A DNA stretch of 64,000 nt from Tricharina praecox (taxonomy: Eukaryota). How positions within the stretch are numbered: position 1 is the stretch's first letter; each line of letters begins with the position of its first letter. The position numbers were made by a program, and so were the translations under genes. This document shows positions 25,453 to 36,522 of this stretch, in pieces. The stretch is taken from positions 248,001 to 312,000 of the forward strand of contig NW_026250403.1 of NCBI RefSeq assembly GCF_024521635.1, read 5' to 3'. A model generated the notes under the pieces. That model was not told the DNA's origin, did no database searches, and worked only from the letters and a program-made list of their open reading frames with translations.

Positions 25453-27437
25453 ATGGTCAAAGAAACAGAATACTACGATTCCCTGGGAGTCAAGCCTGGA
25501 GCCACCGAGCTCGAGATCAAGAAGGCTTATCGTAAGCTCGCTATCCAGCACCATCCCGATAAGAATCCGGGCGACGAGAGTGCACATGCCAAATTCCAGT
25601 CGGTACGTGATCGCTGCAAATCCTGTCCTGCTGCCTGCTGTTCGACGCGACTTTGGAGATCGTCGCTGGAGATCCCATTCTCTCTCTCTCTTTGTTCTTG
25701 TGGCTGACACAAGCTTGTTCCCCGCGTTGTCGCTACATAGATTAGTGAAGCCTACCAAGTACTCAGCAACGAAGACCTGCGCAAGCAGTATGATCTGTAT
25801 GGCAAGGCCCGGGCCGTCCCGGACTCTGGCTTCGGTAAGCATGATCTACAGTTCGGATCGACGCGCGCAGTGTGGGGGAGGGGGGCATGACAGCACTGAC
25901 GATTTTTGACGCGCAGAGGACCCCTCGGAGTTTTTCGGCATGATTTTCGGCGGAGAGGCGTTTGTCGACCTGTGGGTATCCTATGCGATCGCGGTACTGC
26001 CACCGGACAACTGACAAGCGGTGTAGGATCGGAGAAATCTCTCTGATGAAGGACCTCACGAAAACGATGGAAATCATGAAGGAGGTCGAGGAAGAGGAGG
26101 AAGCCGCCGAGAAGGAAGCCGACAGCCCACAGATCCACGGTACCGCTGATGGGAAAGCACCGGTAGCGGGCGAGGGAGCGGGAACGCCCGCTGCGCCTGG
26201 CGCGACCGCCGCCTCCGCCCCCGCCGCCGCCCCCGAGATGCCGCCTAGACCGCAATCCGCGACAACATCAGCCGCTGCCTCCGCTGCTCCGTTAAACACC
26301 CCATCCCGCTCTGAGTCTTCTACGCCTCACCCTAGACCCCCAGCAAATCAGTTTTTGTTGACCGACAGATCGGACGAGGACGTACGACAGGAGGCCGAGA
26401 TGACGGAGCGGGAGAGGGAGCTGAAAGGGAAGGAAAAGAGGAAGGGCGGACTGAGTAAGGAACAGCGTGACGAGTTGGCCGCCTACGAGGCAGAGCGTAA
26501 GAAGGTCCGCCAGGATCGTGTGGACACCTTGACCAGAAAGCTTGTTGACCGCATCTCCGTCTGGACTGAAACCGACAAGGGCAAGGAGACAACCTATGCT
26601 TTTAACGAGAAGACGAGGTATGAGGTTGAGAACCTCAAGATGGAGAGCTTTGGCCTCGACATCCTTCATGGTGGGTCCAAATCTCCATGCTCTTGCAGTA
26701 CGACAGTGTCCTAATAGTGCGTTATAGCTATTGGTAGTGTCTATATCATGAAGGGCGCTTCGTTCATCAAGTCCCAGAAGTTCTTGGGTATCGGCGGTTT
26801 CTTTAGCCGGCTGAAGGACAAGGGTACTCTGGTGAAGGAGACGTGGGGCACCATCTCAACTGCCATAGATGCTCAGATGACTATGGAAGAAATGGCCAAA
26901 CTCGAGGAGAAGGGTGGCGACGAATGGACCGACGAGAAGAAGGCCGAGTACGAGCGCAAAGTGACTGGAAAGATTCTCGCTGCCGCATGGAGAGGGAGCA
27001 AGTTCGAGATACAGAGTGTCCTACGGTAAGGCTCGATCCCGAACATATTAACCTGTTCACGCCGTGGGAGGGAGTGCTGATGCGGTTTTCCCAGGGATGT
27101 GTGCGATCGGGTCCTCTACGACAAGACTGTCCCGCTGCCCAAACGAGTGGAGAGAGCGCACGCCTTGATAATGGTCGGCACTATATTCAAGAATGTAAGT
27201 GCACCCCCACCCCCCACATGGGTTTCAGGTTCGGGGAATCTTACAACCATACTCTAGGCCGAGCGCGATCCAGACGACGAGTTCGCGGAGGGAGCCTTCG
27301 AGCAGTTGGTTGCTGAGGCCGCCAGAAAAGACGATAAGAAGGACCACAAGAAGGAAGCGAAGAAGGAGCACAAGAAAAAGGGCAAGGACGACGAATCTTG
27401 GGAGGAAGTAAAGATGCCTACTGGTAGTCGTGCGTAG
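25453..27437 (+). CDS. DnaJ (Hsp40) protein with DnaJ-X domain, Djp1/Caj1-like (7 exons)
   Basis: J domain [13 protein letters not shown]...[37 protein letters not shown]-domain [15 protein letters not shown] and [17 protein letters not shown]. Six GT-AG introns. Confidence 0.93.
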
Positions 27438-29463
27438 AATCCGGATGCATGTGACATGTGTGCCTACGGGTAGAGTTTTTTCTGTTGCGATTCGTTGTGG
27501 CTTTTTTTTTCCTATTTTAATACTCCTTACCTTTTACCGTGCCGTTTGGTGTCATTTGTGTTGAAGGTCACCCTACTCCGGCGGGGAGGGGGAATATGGG
27601 TCGGTTTTCTTGCTTTCTTTCTTTTTCGTCCTGTATGCAGTGGCTCTTTTGCTTTTGCTGAGCATGTATGTCTCCCTTGGTCGATTCGATAGAACTGAGT
27701 GTTTTTTTTTGCGAGTTCACCGTGCATGTACTGTATACGTTCCATCAGCAGATGGGGTTTTGCCGGAAGCAAGCAATCAGACGGTGAACATGGAATACCC
27801 AGGTACGGAGTGTGGAACATCATAGCATGGGCGAGCGTGAATGGTGAGAGAGAGCCACGAAGAGTGTGAGCCTCGCTTGGCGTATCTAGCCCACGAACCA
27901 CACCTTATCTGTATCTGTATCTGTGGATGGCTGTCGCTTTTTCTGCACGTGCCTGTTGTCGAAGGTTGCCAGCCAGATTCCACCGTAGATTTTGCAGATC
28001 AGGCCCCAGGGGAATCCATGGCTGGACGGTCACAGCGGGTCACTCAGTATGAAGGGGGGAAGGGGGTGGCGTGGTGGTGGGGCGCCTGGTGGGGGAAGGA
28101 GGCCTTCCTTATTTGGGCGCGCGGGAAGATCATCTGTCTGCGGCGTGCGCCCCACGCATGGGAGCCGCGGGAGGTGGCCGGATAGATCACGAGTCCGTGA
28201 GATCATGAGTTGTATATCACAGGACCGCGAACTAAATGTGAGTTTGTGACGCGTTGACGCCACTGCCTGCCTATTAGGCGGCTGACCGTACTCTATATAT
28301 AAGAGCCGCTGTCGTTCTGCTTGACTCCATGTATAAAGTTTGGGCGTGGCCCCACCTGGTTCGCTAGACACTGGATAGGCGTTGGTCAGCCTTATACCTA
28401 GTATCTCGGCAGTCAGAGCTTCCTTCTCTTCAACATCCATTGACCATCGCAGCCCCTCACCAGTGTCTCCACCACCACCGCCGCCACCGCCTCCAATAAC
28501 GATAACAAGATCCCACCAGAGCGCGCGCGGGCGGGGAGAGCGACAGCGACAGCGGTTCTTCACGACTATCAGTGGCCTCTGCAGCTGCTATACACTCGAT
28601 CTACTATATACTCTGCTCTACTCTTCTCCACCAATTCTTCTTCTCCTTCTCTAGAGTACTCTACCGTAGCGGACCCTCGTCCCATCTGCTATCTGCTATC
28701 TGCTATCTGCTATCCGCTATTATCCATTCGTTCGTTCGTTTCCCCACAGAACAACCGGGACAAAAGAAGAGGAGAAGCCGAGGGAAAGATCGGATTGGTA
28801 TTGTTCCTGGCAGGCAGGTTCAAGGTCCTGCCTCTTCTACCCCACCATTACATACACCTACCAAGGACTACATATTGCAACTTGCAAGTGGCTTTTGTCT
28901 CACACACCAGTGACACCACGCACACACGCCGCACACGCACACACGCCGCACACACACTGCGCACGCCCCCACTACTACCACCGACAGCGAGCGAGGAACA
29001 CCGTTTTTTTCTGCCGCCGCCAAAAAAATACACTTGAAGATTGTGGGAAAGAAAGGGTCGTTCTGTGTGTGGAGTGGAGAAAAAGAAGAAGAAGAAGAAG
29101 AGGAAAAAGAAGGGGATGATGAGCCTCGCAATGATGCAGAGACAGCAATCACATGTTCGGTTGCCTTGCCCTCTTCGCTGAGTTGTGTTGTGTCGTGTCG
29201 TCGTGACGGGGAAGGAGAGAAAGACACACAAGATATCGTGCTTGGAGCAAGCACAACACAACGCTGACTCGTCGGCGTGTCAGCACTCGTCAACGTTATT
29301 CACGTCTCCCACTACTACTTCCACTTCCACTACTACTTCCACTTCCACTACTACTTCCACTACCACTACTACTGCTACCACTACTACTGCTACCACTACT
29401 AGCCCTACCGCAACATACTTGGTCTCGACGTCCTCCGCCAGAACAACCGAGCCAGCAACTACA

Positions 29464-31520
29464 ATGGAAGCAGCAAAGGAAGTTCCCCCGACTACTCCTA
29501 CTACAGGCGCTGTCGAATATCCACCTTCCCCAACACCATCCATTTCTCCCCTTCCTACCATGACAGCGAATTCACAAATGTCGACCACCAACATTACTAT
29601 TACCACCGCTACCGACAGCGACGACGTCGCAAAGAGCCTTGCGCGGGAATTGGCAGGGTCGAGTGGGGGCCAGGGTCGCGCGCTCTCACCGCCGGATTCT
29701 AACATCGCCGAGGATTGCAAGGAGCCGGAGCCGGCGCCGGATGACCTGCGCATAAACAACTCGGCACTAGCAACGACGACAGCGGTAGATGAGACCACGA
29801 AGGGTCGAAAGCAAGAGAAGAAAGGAGAAGACAAGACAAACAAGGCTCCCCGCGGAAAGAAAAGAAACATTACCGACGTCGCCGGCGCAGAGCCCGAGAC
29901 CGAGCCAAAGCGAACAAGAGTTGTAAACAACAAGGCTCCCCGCGGAAAGAAGAGAGAGATTACCGACGTCGCCGGCGCAGAGCCCGAGCCCGAGCCAAAG
30001 CGCACAAGAGTTGTAGGCCTCAAAAATTTGGGAAACACTTGGTTCGTGCATTCTCCATTGCATATCAGGCGCGTGTATGGTATGCTGATGACTCGGGCAG
30101 CTATAACAATGCCGTGATCCAAGCCCTAAGCCACACCGCTCCCTTGCGAGAGTACTTCGTTCAGCGTGCACTCCCGGAAGCTCTCGAGCCATTGGAGTCG
30201 CAACCGCTGGTGAAAGCGGCGGCTCACACGGGTCGTGCCAGGACAAGAAGGGAAGCTAGACTACAGGAACAGCTGGAGTCTGAAATTCCGCAGGATGTGT
30301 ATGTCTCTTCTAGACCCCATTAGATGATGGGGAGTTCAATTCACTGATACCGTTTCTATGGACCAAAAAGCAACCTTTGCAACGAGTTTTCAAGGTTGAT
30401 CCGTTCAATGTGGGGAATCGGAACCTCGAGTGCGGCGGATGCGCCAGCGTCCAAGCGGCGCCGTCGTAATCCTGGCGGGTTGGCTCCGGTGGTCTCGCCA
30501 GATGCATTTGCGGGTGCCGTTTCGGCCCTGCTACCGCTTTTCCAGGAGAGAAACGAACAGCAGGATGCCCAGGAGTTTCTGCGGGTGAGTTTCTGCGTGC
30601 CTAACAAGTTCTAGACCTAGCTAATGGCAGTATCTACCGGTTTAGTGTGCTCTGGATCAAATCCATTCTGAACTTAAACTTGAGAAGGAGGACCAGGCTA
30701 GCGTGGATTCCGAGGATACAATCGTGAATCACGTGTTTGGAGGAATGCTTTGGAACAAGGTATGCTTTATTCGACCACAGCAATTCAACATGCATGGGTT
30801 CTAACTTTCCCCCAGATCTCGTGTCTTGCCTGCAGCAAGTACACCATCAAGGCGGACCCGTTTCTGGATCTCAGCCTCGTCATCCCCGAAGGCCGCCACG
30901 TCACTCTCGAGGATTGTATTGACCTGTTCTCGCTATCAGAAGAACTTGAGACCACCGCGTCCGCCACGCCCTCCACTCCCGCTTCCCCCTCCGCTAGATC
31001 TTGTTATGCGTGCGGTTCGGAGCAAGGGTTTACCCAGAATATCAATCTCGGCGAGCTCCCCCGAATCCTTTGTATCCACCTAAAGCGCTTCCGCTGGAAA
31101 CGCAACGGCAAGCAGAAGGTCGACACGCTCGTGCGCTTTCCGCTGCAGGACCTGAATCTATCCCGTTGGCTCGGCGACGGCGAAGAGGACGGTAGTCAGG
31201 CACCACCGCAGATATACGAACTCTACACCGTCGTGGTCCATCAAGGAAACGGGTTTGTATTCCTACACTATCCATCCCAGGGATACACTGGCTGATACAC
31301 GGATTATAGAACGAACTCGGGACATTATTTCGCCTACGTCCGAGACCACCAAAACCAGTGGTGGAGCCTCAACGACGAGCGTGTTTCCGCCGTGGGCCCG
31401 GAACAGGTCGCTAAGTCCAAGGCTTACCTGCTGTTCTACCGCCCCCAGGAGACGCCTTCCACTCCCGCCACCCCCTCTCCCTCTTCCTTGACTACGGTCG
31501 CCGCCAACACCCAGCATTAA
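29464..31520 (+). CDS. Ubiquitin-specific protease (peptidase C19/USP), 6 exons; start uncertain
   Basis: Cys box GLKNLGNTC/YNNAVIQAL spans intron 1. Also QQDAQEFL, DPFLDLSL, LPRILCIHLKRF, His box VVVHQGNGTNSGHYFAY, NDERV and AYLLFY. Confidence 0.93.
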
Positions 31521-31614
31521 CGGAATACCCATATCGGCGTTATTGGAGTACCATCATATGATGGTTTTTTTGTGTAGATGTCTACTGACGGGCTAGATAT
31601 CTTCTCTTTTTGTG

Positions 31615-31801
31615 TTTTTTTTTACATTTTTATAATTTTATAATTTTACATTTTTACATTTTTACATTTTTACATTTTTACATTTTTACATTTTTACATT
31701 TTTACATTTTTACATTTACATTTTTACATTTTTACATTTTTACATTTTTACATTTTTACATTTTTACATTTTTACATTTTTACATTTTTACATTTGCATT
31801 T
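31615..31801. repeat. (TTTTTACA)n minisatellite, about 20 units
   Basis: Visible in sequence, about 100 bp after the USP stop. Confidence 0.95.
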
Positions 31802-31929
31802 GGATGAGCTGGGCTGGGCTGGGCTGGGCTGAATTAGTGGCGGGGTTTCCTTGGATTTCTTTGGATTTCTTTATAACTACCTCGCACCGTATAAGGCGCT
31901 TAGCATAGGCTCCTATTGCATCAAGGGAT

Positions 31930-32225
31930 TTTGTTTTTAGGATTTCTTTTTGGGCTTCTTTTTAGGCGGCTTTCTTGGGCTTCTTTTTGGGCTTCTTTTT
32001 TGAGCGGCTTTCTTGGGGTTTCTTTCTTGGGCGGCTTACTTTGGCTTCTTCTTGGGCTTCTTTTTGTGCTTCTTGGGCTGGGCGAAGGGTGAGGATTCGA
32101 TACACAATAGACGGGGTTTCTTTGTCACTATCAACATAACTAGGTGTGCTGTCTTTGCTGTCTTTGCTGTCTTTGCTGTCTTTGCTGTCTTTGCTGTCTT
32201 TGCTGTCTTTGCTGTCTTTGCTGTC
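31930..32225. repeat. Degenerate GGGCTTCTT(T) repeats (31930-32085) and (TGCTGTCTT)n (32147-32225)
   Basis: Visible in sequence. Confidence 0.85.
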
Positions 32226-32853
32226 GTGTCGGTATTAGATATAGGTACGCAGCCATAGCGTTTCCGAGTGAATTCGAGGGAGTAGTGGTACGCTTAGAGT
32301 ACATACTGGACGGGGCAGAGGGTGGAGGGCACTGGGCAGCGAGGATGAGTTTCACACGAACCGCGGAAGACCTGCGGACAGTGGGATGTTCGCCCGTGTG
32401 CACCGTACGGCTAGTAACCTCCGGATCCTGCTTTCAACGAATGGATGGATGGATTGAGAGTGGTTTTGCGGCTGGGAAAGGGATCCCCCGAATACTCGCG
32501 AAAGGCGGTGCTGGTGAGAGGGATGTGTTCCATGGATTGAGTACATACTCGCAAGGACTCGCAAGGACTTACGATGCCTCGCTCGCACTGTTGGACTACC
32601 TACCTCCTGGCTATACGTTGCTGCTACATAAGCACCATATCAAATCTAAATTGCTCCTGGGTATACGCTTTTCAATTATCCAAAATCATCCAAAATCAAA
32701 GAACGAATAAATTCTAACCGCCATGCTCTGCCATGCTCTGCCATGCAATTCGCATTCAATTATCTCCAAAATCCCTCCATGCCATCCATGCCATGCCCTG
32801 CCCCGCTAAGTATCCCAATCCCCTCACCTCCCCTCCATTTCCACCGCCACCAT

Positions 32854-35327
32854 CTACCGTTTCTGCCCCGTTGCAAACCCCAACCTCCGCCTCTTCCTCG
32901 AATGTGCATCTCCACCCAGCACTGGAGTTTGCGCAGCCGACGCCTCCTTTACCGCGCTGCGAATCGCCTCCTTCGACAGGCAGAAGTCGACGTGCTGGTT
33001 GAACAGCGTATTGTCCGCGGGCTGGAGGGTGGCGCAGATGGGGCACTGCCACGACATTGGTTCGGTCTCGGGGTCGAGTTCGGGGGCGGGGAAGGGGAGG
33101 GTGGCGGGGAGGGGGACGGGGTTGGTGGCTGAGGCGGCATCCAGCTCGTCGGAGAGCTCCTGCGTCAGCTGCATTCCCTCCTCCTCCTCGGCCTGCTGAG
33201 CACGCTCGAACTCCTCCTCTGGCCAGACTTCCCACTCGTCGGCGTCAGCGTCGGCGGTGGAGGAGTCTTGTTTCCGCTTCTTGGGTGAGGGTGGGGGGTG
33301 TGGGGGTTGTGCAGGAGCGTTGCTTGTGAGCCACTTCTGCATATCCACCGTCTTCCCCTTTCCGTCCTTGATACTAGCCAGGCCCGTGACTCTCAGTCCC
33401 ATCAGCCGCAGCTTCAGCCCCGGAAACTCTGCCTCCAGCCCTGTTAGCAGCGGCAGGGCGAGATTATACAGCTCCTCCTTCCCGTGCACCAGCCTTCCCA
33501 AGTTCCTCTGCCTCGTATAGACCTCATACGTATGGAGCTTCACCTTGAGGACCAACACCCTCCCAGCGAGCCGAGTCCTGACCAAATCCTTCTCCAGCTC
33601 CTCGGCGGTATGTCTCAGCTTCTCGCGCAGCTTTTCCGCGCCAAAAAGATCGCGGAACGTGCTCTCCGTGCCCACGCTCTTGCGCTCGTACTCCGACGCG
33701 GGGCGGATCACCGTCCGCCCGATCCCGCAATAGCAGTTCAGGAGGAAGGTGCACGCTTTGTCCCCGAATAAAGGTCGGAGGAGTCCGCGGTGGGTATAAA
33801 TGTCGCCGCAGGTTTTTATGTCGCATGCTTCGAGCTCCCGCTCAAAGACCCGCCCGACCCCGTTGACTTTGCGCACTGGGAGCGTGGACATGAATGACAT
33901 TACGTCTGCGCGGGTGTTGGGGATGCGCTGGACAGACGTAAGAATGCGGGCGGATCAATGATGAGGGGGGGCTCACGAATTGCCCGTTCGGCTTGTTCTT
34001 GTTGGAGGCGATCTTGGCGATCTTTGCGTTCGGAGCGATGCCGGCGCTGATGCTGATCTTGGTCGTCTCCAGCACTGACGCGCGGATGTGTTCTACCAGG
34101 GTTTCGGGGGTGTATGAGGGGTGCTCTTCTAGGTACTACAGTGTAGGTAGCCATTGGTTAGCACAAGATCGTCCCGCAGACCGCGGGTACGGGTGGACAG
34201 ACTTGGGTAAGGTTGAGATAGGCCTCGTCCATACTCGCACTCTCAAATCGTGGGTCGTAGAGCTTCAGGATGGCGCGGATCTCTTCTGCCTTTGCTCCGT
34301 ACTTTTCGAAATTATGTTTTACGAAGACGAGCTGCGGACATATCTCTTTGCACACAATGTCAGCAGCTCTAGTATAGATCTCGAGAGAAAGAGAGACATA
34401 CTCTTGGCGATATGCCCCGCCATCCCCGATCTCACACCGAACTGCCGCGCCGTGTAGTTACAGGTTGAGAGTACACCGCCGCCGACGGCCATGGGCACTT
34501 CAGTAGCAGGCGAGGTTTAGCAGATGCTCCCGCACGATGTGATGTATTGCAAAGTGATACCGTTCTTGAGTTCGGGCCGGTCCAGCTCTTCTACCGAGGC
34601 GTAGAAGGCGTCGCAGTCAACGTGTACTATTGGGAGGAAGATTCAGTGCTTGTGCTTCATAGGTATGGTGGCCAGTCTTCTGGGTATACCGATTATCTGC
34701 GACAGATCTCTCGAGCTTTCCAACAGCGCGATCTAGTTATCCGTCGTCAGAACGACCCTCATCTCTTCCAGCCGGGCCTGGCTGACTACTGACCTGTTCA
34801 TCCGCCTTCCTGATCTCGCCCGCCAGCCCGCCGCTCTCCAGCTCCACCTTCCGCTTCAGCAAGGTCTCGATACGTTCCGTGAGCTGCAGAAACACTCAGC
34901 ATCTCATTATCTCATCATCTACAGAAAACCCATGAAATTATAGTACTTGTTCATCCCGTTTCTTCTCATGGCTAAAAAACTTGGACCCTTTGCTCGCATT
35001 GTATATAATCTCACTGACTCGAGTCTGGTCGACGCCTTCCTGCCCGGCCTTCAACAGGCTGGGCCCGAGAAGGGAGTAGTGGAGTGATGAGCGGGATTCT
35101 GAGGGGGGCTCGCCGCCGGTCGTGTTTGCCGGGACTGCAGCTGGAGGGCTCGGGTGCTTGGCATTTTTATTCGATGGGGTTCTATCGGCGGGCAGAATTC
35201 CACCGAGTGACGGGATCTCATCAGTGGCCATATTCTCCGGAGGGCTCGGGTGGTTGGCATCTTTATCCGATGGGGTTCCATCGGCAGGCAGAATTCCACC
35301 GAGTGACGGGATCTCATCAGTGGCCAT
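32854..35327 (-). CDS. Y-family DNA polymerase kappa (DinB homologue), 8 exons
   Basis: N-clasp region LLKAGQEGVDQTRVSEIIYNASKGSKFF; VHVDCDAFYASVE; STCNYTARQFGVRSGM; SMDEAYL; SAGIAPNAKIAKIASNKNKPNGQF; RKSVGTESTF; C-terminal UBZ finger CPIC...HVDFC. Confidence 0.95.
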
Positions 35328-35417
35328 ATTCGCTGGAGGGCTTTGGTGGCTGTCGTTGTTGTGCACGGCGCGTCAACGTTGAGGATGCCTAGATACTTTA
35401 GGCCCCTCTGGAGGGGA

Positions 35418-35476
35418 AGACGCGACGAAGAAACGCGGAGTCATCAGTGCACGTGACCTGACTTGTGCGACGCGAA
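35418..35476. promoter_or_regulatory. Clustered CGCG (MCB-like) boxes, GAGTCA and CACGTG in the divergent promoter upstream of pol kappa
   Basis: ACGCGA at 35420 and 35470, ACGCGG at 35433, GAGTCA at 35438, CACGTG at 35450. Motif match only. Confidence 0.3.
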
Positions 35477-36522
35477 TGTCATCCGTTGTTCTGACGGACT
35501 CGGGACTCGGGACTCGAAATAGAGTGCAAGTACCACATTATCGCGGCAGGCAGGCGACCGGGAAAATACGGTGAAGAGTTTGAGTGACGAGCGATGCCTC
35601 AAACTTCCCTCTCGCGACGGGCTTTGTTTTTATGTCCCCCCCTCCCATTTCCTTTGCGGCCCACGAGAAATGCACTGGCGCCTCACTGGCCAGTCCTCGC
35701 CAACCCCGTGAGCATGTGCATACGTAGATCCGCGCCAACTCAAGCACTCTGCATAGCATCCTGAGGAATTCCGACGCTATGATGCTGGCGGTGGAGCGTG
35801 TTGAGCGAGGTGGGACGGGTACTTCCAGGATCTTGGAATGAAGTAGTTGCAGCAGCCAGCAGACAGCGGACAGTGGACAGCAAACAGCAGCGCGAAACCT
35901 TCTCCGCCAGCCAGCAAGCGGGCGGGAAAGACCCTCCCTCTCTCTCTCTCGGTCCCTTGCGCCCTCGCTTTGCCCTCGCTTTGCCCTCCTCCTCCCCTTC
36001 CCCTTCACTCTTCCTCCATCTCTGCACCACCGACCTCGGGATAACTCCCCGGTACTACCCTCCCCCCGTACCCTCAACTCCCCGTATATCACCTGTTGTC
36101 TTCTCCAATCATCACTCCATCCTCGCTGATCACTGGCTGATCCCCACCCACCCCCCGGCCTCCGCCCGAAGTCCCGCCCTCCTCCCCCTCATCCATCAAA
36201 AAGCTACATATCTTCAACCAAAGGAAATAGCCTCGACAAAAAGAATACGAAAAGAAACGAAAGAAAGGAAAAGCAAAACGCCCGCCGTCAGACGCGACAC
36301 AAAAAGACTGAGAGCTGCCCGCCGCTATTCTCGCAATGCGCCGGTCCTGAGCACAGACCTCTCAATTGAGCGTCCTAGCTATGAACTGTACCAACCAGAG
36401 CTTCTCCCTTTTTATTCGCTTTAGCTACACACTTCCACAACAACAATACCTAGCAACTGTCTCCAACTCGCACGTCGATAACCTCTACCGCCCATTAACA
36501 CTCTAAATCCTGCCCAGATGCC

